Origin: an uncultured Gammaproteobacteria bacterium
GTDB taxonomy: Bacteria > Pseudomonadota > Gammaproteobacteria > Arenicellales > JAANXG01
Reading direction: 5' to 3'
Length of the DNA: 56,031 nt
Assembly: GCA_947259955.1 (NCBI GenBank)
Contig: CAMYOI010000053.1
Coordinates: forward strand, 1-56,031
The position numbers were made by a program, and so were the translations under genes. The first letter of the stretch is position 1. Each line of letters starts with the position of its first letter. The notes below the pieces were generated by a model. It searched no databases. It saw only the letters and a list, made by a program, of their open reading frames with translations, and was not told the DNA's origin. Positions 29,044 to 36,801 of the stretch are shown one piece after another.

Positions 29044-29092
29044 TCGAATCTCTCGTAATTACGTGCTAGTCCGCCTTCGTCACCCTAGGCGG

Positions 29093-30850
29093 CTAGACAC
29101 TAATGCCCGGATTGTTTTCGACGCCCTTCAAGCTCGGGTGATTGGGGGTGACGTCGTCAATGGTCTTTTTATCCCTCAGGTATTGTGCCACGACTTCCCA
29201 TATGTCCGGCAACTCTTCCGGCTGGGGATTGACACTGGCCCATCCGGCGACCCTGTAGGTCTTAGAGGGATCGATCGGTTTTTCGTTCAGCTCGAGGTCG
29301 GACAGGCGCTCTCCGATCTTTTTCCTGGGATCGAGAGTGAAGCGCAGGCCGCCGACGCGCACCATGTCACCGCCCATCTGGTAGTAGGGATCCGGATTGA
29401 ACAGGTTGTCCGTAATGTCTTCCAGGATAAGTTTGATATTTTCGCCGGTCATCTCGTTCAGCGTGGACTTGCCATACGTGATTGCCGTCTGGTCCATCAG
29501 CCTCTCCATGGTGATGGGGTCTCCGGGCAGGACGCTGGTACCCCAGCGGAAACCCGGAGAAAACGCAATCTCGGCGTCGCGCACCTCCATCATGGCGTCG
29601 ACGATGAGCTGGTCGAAAGTACCGCTGAAATTTCCCCGCCGATACAGCGTTGTTTCTGTGACCGCCAGCTCTTCGTTCAGCTTGTCGATGTAGGGCGCCC
29701 GGACACCGTCGATGTAGGCAGCCATCTCGGGATCCGCGGGCAGCAGATTCGCGAATACCGGCAGCATCTTGAATTGGTAATCCCGGACCCGGCCGTCCCG
29801 CACGTCCAGGTCCAGCACCGAGAGGAACTTCCCGTTGGACCCCGAGTTGATCACCAGCGTTTTACCGGTCGCATTCGACACGATCGACGGTTTGGGTATG
29901 CCGTCATGGGTGTGTCCGCCAAGTATTGCATCGACACCGGTCACCCGGCTGGCCATTTTCAGATCGGTATCCATTCCGTTGTGGGACAGGATGACGACGA
30001 CCTGAGCGCCCTCCGCCCGCACCCGGTCTACCATGTCCTGCATCTGCTCGTCACGAATACCGAAACTCCAGTCTTCGATCAGATAGCGCGGATTGGCCAG
30101 AGTCGTGTAAGGAAACGCCTGGCCGATTATCCCAACCGGTACGCCGTTGATTTCGCGCATCGTGTAGGGTTTGAACACGATGGCTGTTTCGGGATCGTAG
30201 GCCGGTTTCTCCTCGAACTGGGCATCCTCGGTGAGCAGTACGTTCTGTGCCAGGAATTCGGTGCCGCCTTTCAGCTCGGTCTCGATGATTTCCCTGACGC
30301 GGTCGATACCGTAGGTAAACTCCCAGTGTCCGGTCATGATGTCGACTCCGAGCAGGCTGCTCGCACCGACCATATCCGCACCCCGCGTCCACAGGGCCGT
30401 CGCCGACCCCTGCCAGGTATCCCCGCTGTCCAACAGCAGACTGCCCGGGCGCTGCTCCCGGATATTTTTAACCAGTGTGGCGAGATGTGCGAATCCCCCG
30501 ACTTTCCCGAACTGGTGAGCTGCTTCTTCGAAATTGAGATAGGTAAAGGCGTGCGCCTCGGGGGAGTTCTCCGGAATTCCAAAGTGCTCCAGAAAGCGTT
30601 TCCCTACGATGTGGGGGGCCAAGCCCAGCGCGCTGCCTATCCCCAGATTGATGTTTGGCTCGCGAAAATAGACCGGCATCAGCTGCGCGTGGCAATCGGT
30701 GAAGTGCAGCAGTGAAACATTGCCGAATGCCGGCAGATCGTACATGTCGTCGCTTGCCGAAGCCCTGCCCGGCACGAGCCCAGCCGCACCCGCTGCCGCC
30801 ATTATCCGGATGAACTCCCGTCTCGAAATGCTCATATTTGACTGATTCAA
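29093..30850 (-). CDS. soxB: thiosulfohydrolase SoxB
   Basis: Tat signal is 'SRREFIRIMAAAGAAGL'. Metallophosphoesterase/5'-nucleotidase-like motifs are 'LLHFTDCHAQL', 'GDTWQGS' and 'ILSHNG'. Length is 585 aa, and it is the last gene of soxXYZAB. Confidence 0.92.
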   Translation of the reverse strand: MNQSNMSISRREFIRIMAAAGAAGLVPGRASASDDMYDLPAFGNVSLLHFTDCHAQLMPVYFREPNINLGIGSALGLAPHIVGKRFLEHFGIPENSPEAHAFTYLNFEEAAHQFGKVGGFAHLATLVKNIREQRPGSLLLDSGDTWQGSATALWTRGADMVGASSLLGVDIMTGHWEFTYGIDRVREIIETELKGGTEFLAQNVLLTEDAQFEEKPAYDPETAIVFKPYTMREINGVPVGIIGQAFPYTTLANPRYLIEDWSFGIRDEQMQDMVDRVRAEGAQVVVILSHNGMDTDLKMASRVTGVDAILGGHTHDGIPKPSIVSNATGKTLVINSGSNGKFLSVLDLDVRDGRVRDYQFKMLPVFANLLPADPEMAAYIDGVRAPYIDKLNEELAVTETTLYRRGNFSGTFDQLIVDAMMEVRDAEIAFSPGFRWGTSVLPGDPITMERLMDQTAITYGKSTLNEMTGENIKLILEDITDNLFNPDPYYQMGGDMVRVGGLRFTLDPRKKIGERLSDLELNEKPIDPSKTYRVAGWASVNPQPEELPDIWEVVAQYLRDKKTIDDVTPNHPSLKGVENNPGISV

Positions 30851-30928
30851 GAAAAAAGCCTGATCGAAAGATCAGGCTTTCAGTTGGTTTAGCCCATTGG
30901 TTGATCCGGCTGTCAGACCCGTCGTGGA

Positions 30929-31686
30929 CTACTGGCGCTGGCTTGGCACCTGCATTGGCACCCCGGTGTTCATCACAGCCTCATAGAATTCCAGCGCCTT
31001 GTATTCTGCGCTCTGCGGCTTGAAAGGCTTGGCGCGCACCTGTTTGTTGCAGCCGTCGTAGCGCCGGTGCACGGTGCCCCAGGGCTTGCCAGCAACCGCC
31101 CATTTGGTGCGGTATACCGGGAAGCCGGTCGTGTGCCCCAGCCCGGCGCTCAATACGTCGCCCCGTATGCTCTTGCCGGCGCTGTGTACATGGCAGTCGG
31201 CGCAGGCAAAGTTCAACTGCCCGCGCTTGGTCCAGTAGAACTCCTTGCCCTTTTCATACCACTCCCTGGCGCCGTCCGAAGAGACCTCGATGACCATTTT
31301 TTCGCCGTTGAACTGTTCCTTGAATGCCGCCACCAGGCGCGCGATCTTGCCATTTTTGAGGTTCGCGATCGGTTTCTCGCCGTTGGCTTCCAGGCACGCA
31401 TTGATGTCGGCCTCGATCGTGCGGATATCGTTGGTGGCCACATCATAGTAGGGGTACTTGTTGGCCGGCGGCTTGTCGCTGAAACAGTCGTCAAAGGTTT
31501 TGCCATTGGCGAAGGGCGTCGACCATTCTTCCCGCGCCGTCTCCATCTCCAGCTCGTACGGGGGGAACTCCATGAGGATTTCCCAGTTGGCGCGGCGGTG
31601 CGCATATTGGGGCAGGGCGTTGACGCCGTCCTTGTATTCTTCCAGCGTAGAAGGATCGAAGCCGTACTGAGTGCCGTCTTTTTCAT
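30929..31686 (-). CDS. soxA: SoxA, monoheme cytochrome c subunit of SoxXA; 5' end anomalous (see findings)
   Basis: It has a single heme motif 'CADCH', and 'RRYDGCNKQV' supplies the distal Cys ligand. The N-terminal domain lacks a heme site ('DDCFSDK'). The well-placed ATG 31686 (RBS AGGGG, 17 nt after the soxZ stop) is one nucleotide out of frame with the conserved body, which reads ...HEKDGTQYGFDPSTLEEYK.... Confidence 0.8.
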
Positions 31687-31703
31687 GAGTTGTACCCCTG
31701 ATG

Positions 31704-32018
31704 CTACTTAACCGTGGCTTCGGCGCCGCCGGTCTCGCCCATATTGTCCTTCCAATCAACGTTGATCTTGTCACCGGCTTTTGCGCCCTTCACGTTGATG
31801 CCGATCAGGGGGTCTTTCGATACACCCTGCCCCAGCACCGCTTCGGCGACGGTCGAACCATTCAATTTAAAGGTCATGACTTCAATGAAATGGGCGGGGA
31901 TGGCTTCCCCGGTTTTCTTGTCTTTGCGGAGACCGGTCTCCATGGGATGTTTCACGAGGCAGAGTACTTCATGCCCGCCCTCTCCCGTTTTGACTTTCAT
32001 CTTCGTGGTAAATGCCAT
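31704..32018 (-). CDS. soxZ: sulfur-carrier complex subunit SoxZ
   Basis: 104 aa, immediately downstream of soxY. The sequence looks like a beta-sandwich (MAFTTKMKVKTGEGGHEVLCLVKHPMETG...KINVDWKDNMGE), as in SoxZ. Confidence 0.88.
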   Translation of the reverse strand: MAFTTKMKVKTGEGGHEVLCLVKHPMETGLRKDKKTGEAIPAHFIEVMTFKLNGSTVAEAVLGQGVSKDPLIGINVKGAKAGDKINVDWKDNMGETGGAEATVK

Positions 32019-32054
32019 AATTCTTTCTCCAATTTCGTCTAAAAAACCGACGGA

Positions 32055-32510
32055 TCAGCCGCCGCATCCGCCTACGGTTACCTTGATCTCCTGGGCTGCC
32101 ATATGGACCTTGCCCCCGGCCTTCACGTAGGCGGCAACTTTCGATGTCTGTCCCATCTTGATGCGCGCGCTGTACAGGCCGCCGCTGGCGCCGGGCTGCA
32201 GGTTTACCGAAGTGATGAACGGCGACGGGTTTTTTTCCACGACGATAGAGATGGATTCCGCATCAGCCAGCGTGGTCGTCACCTTGATCGGCACCACGGC
32301 GCCGTTTTCCGCCTGCAGAGGGGCTTTGATCGAAACACCCCCGCTTTCAGCAACCGGTGCATCACCAAATAAGGCCTTCACGACATCGGGCTCACTTTCG
32401 AGCTCGAAGAGCGCTTTTGGCCATTCCATCGCCATGGACACGACGGATTTCAGCAAGCCGAATCCGCTTGCGCATAGGGCCATCCCTGTCAAGAACAATC
32501 TACGGTTCAT
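32055..32510 (-). CDS. soxY: sulfur-carrier protein SoxY
   Basis: Tat-type signal is MNRRLFLTGMALCASG. The invariant C-terminal swinging-arm motif 'VTVGGCGG*' is present. Confidence 0.92.
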   Translation of the reverse strand: MNRRLFLTGMALCASGFGLLKSVVSMAMEWPKALFELESEPDVVKALFGDAPVAESGGVSIKAPLQAENGAVVPIKVTTTLADAESISIVVEKNPSPFITSVNLQPGASGGLYSARIKMGQTSKVAAYVKAGGKVHMAAQEIKVTVGGCGG

Positions 32511-32576
32511 TTTGATATACCTCTGGGAATTACGAGTAAACTGCGGGTATCACGATCAATCCGAAAACCAGGCACG

Positions 32577-33017
32577 CTAAATCGACAGAAGGAATTCGAC
32601 AATGTTATCGATGTCTTCCTCGGAAATGATCTTGTGTTTTCCGAACGGCGGCATGACAGCTTGCGGATTCACCAACTGCGCGTCATAGATCTGGGTGCGC
32701 AATTTTGCCGTGTCCGGATAGCGTTGTTTCATGGCCACCAATGGAGGGGCGACGCTGCCTCCGGGTGGAAACGCCGTCGGCCACTTATCGGTTACTATGA
32801 TATGACAAGCCAGGCAGTTGCCCTGGCGCCTGTTTATTGCTACACACCAGCCTTTGGTTTTGGCATCAGGATTCTCCAGGCTGGAACACTGCTTTTCGGT
32901 GGGCAGGAAGTCTCCGGTCTCAGCGATGCCGGTAGTCGTATGGCCAACGATAAGAAGCGTGAGCACGCTTATCGCGATGCCGGCGCGAAGGAATAAATTC
33001 ATCATCCGCATCCTCAT
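32577..33017 (-). CDS. soxX: SoxX, monoheme cytochrome c
   Basis: It has a signal peptide, the heme motif 'CLACH' and the Met ligand region 'MPPFG'. It is the first gene of soxXYZAB. Confidence 0.88.
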   Translation of the reverse strand: MRMRMMNLFLRAGIAISVLTLLIVGHTTTGIAETGDFLPTEKQCSSLENPDAKTKGWCVAINRRQGNCLACHIIVTDKWPTAFPPGGSVAPPLVAMKQRYPDTAKLRTQIYDAQLVNPQAVMPPFGKHKIISEEDIDNIVEFLLSI

Positions 33018-33283
33018 TGGATTGGTAATATTTATGGCCCACAGTGTACTGTCTGTGGCAGTCAGGTTTCAACACACCCGTTGGACCACGACGAAGACAG
33101 GAGGGATAATTTGGCTATCTCTTCTGAGATAGTCAGCCGATCGCCTACCGATTTTACGGAGTTCCAATTATTTTCGATTGTGCCGAACCTAAACGGGCCT
33201 CGGTCCCGTAAAATGCTACAATCCTGGATTTTACAGGATGCAGCTGAGGCATGGCGTTTTTTTTGTGTATTGGAGGATATTAG

Positions 33284-33514
33284 ATGTCGGAATTTGATCA
33301 AGATCTCGATGTGCGGGGCCTCAATTGCCCTTTGCCCATCATCAAAGCCCGGAAGGCCATCAACGCGCTGGATGCGGGGCAAATTCTGCGCGTGGTTGCG
33401 ACGGACCCTGGCTCGGTGAAGGATTTCGAGGCTTTCGCCAAACAAACGGGCAACGAGCTCCTGGAGTCAAGCGAGGGTAGCGGCGAGTTTACTTTCAGAC
33501 TCAAGAAAGGTTAG
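33284..33514 (+). CDS. tusA: sulfurtransferase TusA (SirA-like)
   Basis: 76 aa. The active-site motif is 'LDVRGLNCPLPIIKARKA'. Confidence 0.88.
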   Translation: MSEFDQDLDVRGLNCPLPIIKARKAINALDAGQILRVVATDPGSVKDFEAFAKQTGNELLESSEGSGEFTFRLKKG

Positions 33515-33560
33515 GCACGGGGCCGGCTTGGGGCAATTTGCGGATCAGAAGGACGGCTTT

Positions 33561-33585
33561 CGGGAGTGAGCGGATCTCACTCCCG
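33561..33585. terminator. perfect 10-bp stem / 5-nt loop hairpin between convergent genes (possible bidirectional terminator; no U-tract)
   Basis: CGGGAGTGAG-cggat-CTCACTCCCG, read directly from the sequence. It lies 47 nt after the tusA stop. Confidence 0.35.
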
Positions 33586-33624
33586 AATAGTCCATATCAA
33601 TCGATACTATATATCAATCGACGT

Positions 33625-33688
33625 ATACTACGTTGTAGAAATACTACGTTGTAGAAATAGTCAGTTATAGAAATAGTCAGTTGTAGAA
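33625..33688. repeat. four tandem 16-bp units (ATACTACGTTGTAGAA x2, ATAGTCAGTTATAGAA, ATAGTCAGTTGTAGAA) overlapping the 3' end of gene 33677..34030
   Basis: Read directly from the sequence. The units occupy 33625-40, 33641-56, 33657-72 and 33673-88. They sit in an AT-rich island within a GC-rich window. Confidence 0.9.
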
Positions 33689-34030
33689 AGGTTCGGCTTT
33701 TCCTTTCTGGGACTCGGCCTGTTCCACTCCCAGCATGGCGGCGTCCGATACGCGATCGGCGATCCGGATTGCTTCGTCGAACTCACCCGCTTCCTTTTTC
33801 TTTTTTGCTGCGCCAAGGAGTTTGTCGAGCGGTACCGAACTGGAACCCGTGGCTTTGTCGATGAGCTGCCAGACGCTCCCGGCGGACGAAGCGGCGGCAA
33901 GTGCTTTTTCCGCCTGTTCTATGGCCTGCTGTGCCTCTGCGGCCTTGTCGCCTGCAACGGCGGTGTGACTGGCGGCCAAGCCCAAGCATATGCTCACCAT
34001 CAAAGCATAACCAAGTTTTCTCAAAGTCAT
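33677..34030 (-). CDS. secreted alpha-helical hypothetical protein
   Basis: ORF track gives 33677..34189. ATG 34030 is preceded by AGGAGGAG and gives the signal peptide MTLRKLGYALMVSICLGLAASHTAVAG. The mature part is Ala/Glu/Lys-rich. Confidence 0.6.
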   Translation of the reverse strand: MTLRKLGYALMVSICLGLAASHTAVAGDKAAEAQQAIEQAEKALAAASSAGSVWQLIDKATGSSSVPLDKLLGAAKKKKEAGEFDEAIRIADRVSDAAMLGVEQAESQKGKAEPFYN

Positions 34031-34207
34031 ATCTCCTCCTGATTGTAGTTTGGCCCTGGCGCATGCGTAATGCATCCGATCTTTTACCGGATTCGTCCAA
34101 CGCCTTACTATAAACGTCATCGTAGAACGATCCGGATACGGCGAAATATATCCAAATAGAGGTAGCGGCTCAAACTCGTCGATTTTCAATGATATCCGGA
34201 CAGGCCC

Positions 34208-34414
34208 CTAGCGCCTCGATTCCTTTTCCTTGTGTGCCATTTCCAGTAACTGGTTGGCTTTCTCCGCGTACTCACCGGCATATCCCGCCAGCGGGTGGTC
34301 GCTTTCTGGGTTGAAATAGTCTTCCACGTCGATACCTTTATCGTGTTCGTAGGCGATGAACTTCTTCTGCATCTCGATCAGCGACTGGATCAGCTTTTGT
34401 TTCTCGGTTGTCAT
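34208..34414 (-). CDS. small hypothetical protein (68 aa)
   Basis: MTTEKQKLIQSLIEMQKKFIAYEHDKGIDVEDYFNPESDHPLAGYAGEYAEKANQLLEMAHKEKESRR. Composition is protein-like. It is co-oriented with the Cas6-like gene and 67 nt downstream of it. Confidence 0.55.
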   Translation of the reverse strand: MTTEKQKLIQSLIEMQKKFIAYEHDKGIDVEDYFNPESDHPLAGYAGEYAEKANQLLEMAHKEKESRR

Positions 34415-34481
34415 CGGTCGTTTCCCGTTATTTTGATTAGGTGACGGATATCCTGATTACGATCTCGTATTTACTCTTGAT

Positions 34482-35189
34482 TCACTCTTCTGTAAACCGA
34501 TTCACCGCGGATATGGATTTGTGCGGAACGAACAGGCCGCAGCCCAGTGTTCTGGCCTTGCCCAGTCCGGTCTCCTGGATTCGGATCGAATCCGCTGCCG
34601 GTATGTCGGCCAGCATCAGGCTTCGCGCGAGCAGTTCTCCTCGCGGTGTATTGATTTTACTCAACCGGCCGGGCAGCCGCTTCGGAACCGAGACATTCAA
34701 CTCGGTAAGCTCTTCGTCGATCCGGTCGAGAAACCTTTGCTCTTTTTCATCTTCCCTGGTGACGATGCGCCTTGCAAAGAGTGTGGAGGCCGGGCCGAGT
34801 TCCCTGACCTTGATACTCCCCAGCCTAACTTCGGCGTCGGCGACGGTTAGCGTTTGGCCACTCAAACCGGTGCACTGGCTGATCCTGTCTCGGGGGATTC
34901 TAAGGATCAGTCTGACCCTTCGCGATGGGTGAATGACGCCGCCTCCATGACCCTCCGGCCTTTGCCACCCGTTGCCGGATTCGGCCCCGTGGATGGCATG
35001 AATACCGGTGTTTTCTGCGGTCGAGAACCACGGCAGAAAGGATTCCAAGGACGTCAACAGTGAATACGCGTGATCGACCGGCAGATGCGAGCAATCGATG
35101 CGGAACGCCATGTCCACAATACTTTTCGAGCGGTATTGTGGTTCGGCTTCGTCCGCCTCTTGCCAGTACAGGTTTTCCCCCTCTGCCAT
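34482..35189 (-). CDS. Cas6/Cmx6-like RAMP-superfamily protein (orphan; no CRISPR array nearby)
   Basis: ORF track gives 34482..35237. ATG 35189 gives MAEGENLYWQEADE.... 'IVDMAFRIDCSHLPVDHAYSLLTSLESFLPW' and the C-terminal glycine-rich loop 'GLGKARTLGCGLFVPHK' match my recollection of type I-MYXAN Cas6/Cmx6 proteins. This needs HMM confirmation. Confidence 0.55.
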   Translation of the reverse strand: MAEGENLYWQEADEAEPQYRSKSIVDMAFRIDCSHLPVDHAYSLLTSLESFLPWFSTAENTGIHAIHGAESGNGWQRPEGHGGGVIHPSRRVRLILRIPRDRISQCTGLSGQTLTVADAEVRLGSIKVRELGPASTLFARRIVTREDEKEQRFLDRIDEELTELNVSVPKRLPGRLSKINTPRGELLARSLMLADIPAADSIRIQETGLGKARTLGCGLFVPHKSISAVNRFTEE

Positions 35190-35191
35190 GA

Positions 35192-35798
35192 TTATTGATC
35201 CGGCAGCTCGGATTGTATGGTGTCTCGGTCTATCCACCAGTTGTCCTGAACCAGCGCTTCAATGATGCGGCGCAGCCGGCTCAGGAATCCGTTGACGTCG
35301 TTTAGTTCCAGCCTGTCTACCCAGGCATCGAGATCGGCCTGGTTCTCTATGCCGCTATGTCGTCGAGCGACCGCCGTGAGCATTTGTCGGGTGCCGACGC
35401 TGAGTGCGTCGTGTTGTGCATCTTCCGCGCGCAGATCGACGATGTAGATCGCGGTCGCCCCAGATGCCCTGCCCAAGAGCCGCCAGTGAGAGCGGTTGTT
35501 CTGATCTGAACATCAGCTCGCAGGCATGCGCCGCGTTTTGCCATTGTTGTTCACGGACACTGGCTTCAAATACGTTCTTGGCACAGTCCCACGCATCGGT
35601 CATCCGTTCCAGCTCGACAAGAAGGCTACCCTCTTCGAGGAGCAGATCCATACGATTTTCGCCGTCGCCGGCCGCGGATGTTTCCCTGATGCGGTCCCGT
35701 ATCGCATGAAGCCTGCCCTCCGCAGCCTGGACCGAGGTGCGAGCATCCTGTCCGCTCTCCGCGCCCAGGTCTATGCGAACGTCCAGATGCTTCACCAT
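35192..35798 (-). CDS. hypothetical protein, apparently one ~200-aa gene split by a 1-nt frame change at a G-run near 35460 (alternatively two small genes)
   Basis: ORF 35355..35798 turns into Arg-rich junk after '...LSLAALGQGIW'. ORF 35192..35476 (TTG start) continues sensibly with 'GATAIYIVDLRAEDAQHDAL...'. The junction lies at ...GGCATCTGGGGCGACC.... The TAA stop is 2 nt from the Cas6-like ATG. Confidence 0.5.
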
Positions 35799-35820
35799 TT
35801 CAGGGGCTTGTCTGCTTATT

Positions 35821-36801
35821 TTACCAGGACGGCCGGGTCCCGGGTATGCGTTTATAAAAGCGCGCGCGGTATATCAGCCTCTGCGCGGCATCGGAATCCC
35901 CGTTCACGAAACCGGATCTACGGTGCAGCACATTGTTGCAGATGACTCCCTGCCCGGATTCGAGCTTATGGGTCACGGTGTAGCGGGAAGCCTGCTCGAT
36001 AACGTCCTTCAGGCATCTGGCGGCTTCCGTGATATGCGGATCGGGGTTCCACATGATGTTGTGCCGTCTCCCGGTGTAGCGCATGTGCAGGGCGCCTGAC
36101 TCCGGGTCAATGGAGAATACCGGGCCGGTTCTGCTGAATTGTCGATCAACGGTCTGGTCGGAATCCGGCGGGATGGTGAACGCCGAGGGATTGGATAGAG
36201 TCACCGGCAACGACTCGTCGATCTCGTGCAGCAAAAGAAATACGACATCCGGATCGATAAATGCATTCTCTCCGCCCTGCGGAGCCGGTGTAACGCAATG
36301 CAGGATAAAACTGCGTATCACCCTGCCCGAACAGTTTCCATAGTAATACCCGTCGGTATGCCAGCCAAGCGGCCGGTCCGTGTACGGTATGTATCTCGGG
36401 CGGTCCCCCTGCTGGCAGACCTGAACGGAAGATATGTTGTCGTCATCGGCGCAAAAATTGTGATCGGTCCGACCGATACCGAGCTGCAGGCCAAGGATAC
36501 CGAGATCGGTCTTTTGAAATGAATTCGAACGGGTCTGATAGATGACGAAATTGAATTCCGTCAGCCTGCGCAGCAATTCGGATCGCTCGGTGGAACTCAG
36601 GTATCGAGGATCGCGGATTTCGACGATCGATCCTACCGGTGACCTTTCATAGTGACCCAGTTTGCATTCCACACGACTGACCATCGACAGGATTGCTTTC
36701 GGACCGGTTAAAAACCGTCCAGGTCCCTCCGGTTGCGCGGACGGATCGACGCCGGCGCTGACTGAGTGATTCTGGTACTCCTGCTTCATCGCTCTGCGCA
36801 T
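35821..36801 (-). CDS. TauD/TfdA-family Fe(II)/2-oxoglutarate-dependent dioxygenase-like protein
   Basis: 326 aa. 'LGWHTDGYYY' supplies the HxD iron ligands, and the distal 'NVLHRRSGF' is typical of the family. It is transcribed divergently from dsrA. Confidence 0.7.
   Translation of the reverse strand: MRRAMKQEYQNHSVSAGVDPSAQPEGPGRFLTGPKAILSMVSRVECKLGHYERSPVGSIVEIRDPRYLSSTERSELLRRLTEFNFVIYQTRSNSFQKTDLGILGLQLGIGRTDHNFCADDDNISSVQVCQQGDRPRYIPYTDRPLGWHTDGYYYGNCSGRVIRSFILHCVTPAPQGGENAFIDPDVVFLLLHEIDESLPVTLSNPSAFTIPPDSDQTVDRQFSRTGPVFSIDPESGALHMRYTGRRHNIMWNPDPHITEAARCLKDVIEQASRYTVTHKLESGQGVICNNVLHRRSGFVNGDSDAAQRLIYRARFYKRIPGTRPSW

Noticed and set aside
28805-30715. 636-aa ORF antisense to soxB (and part of yeeE)
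   Set aside because: The opposite strand encodes SoxB with a Tat signal and metallophosphoesterase motifs. The antisense product is low-complexity (R/G/D/V/P-rich) and spans two genes.
31678-31690. Programmed -1 ribosomal frameshift on G AAA AAG right after the soxA ATG
   Set aside because: A -1 slip would enter the conserved frame. However, the motif is one A short of the classical A AAA AAG heptamer, I see no downstream stimulatory structure, and the product would still lack a signal peptide.
31687-31774. Using ATG 31774 as the soxA start
   Set aside because: It would overlap soxZ by about 70 nt. The added residues (MTRSTLIGRTIWARPAAPKPRLSSIRGT) are not a signal peptide and have no RBS context.
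33625-33688. Possible CRISPR array near the Cas6-like gene
   Set aside because: The units are 16 bp, directly abutting with no spacers, and are copies of the adjacent gene's 3' end. The REP copies elsewhere are likewise not regularly spaced repeat-spacer units.
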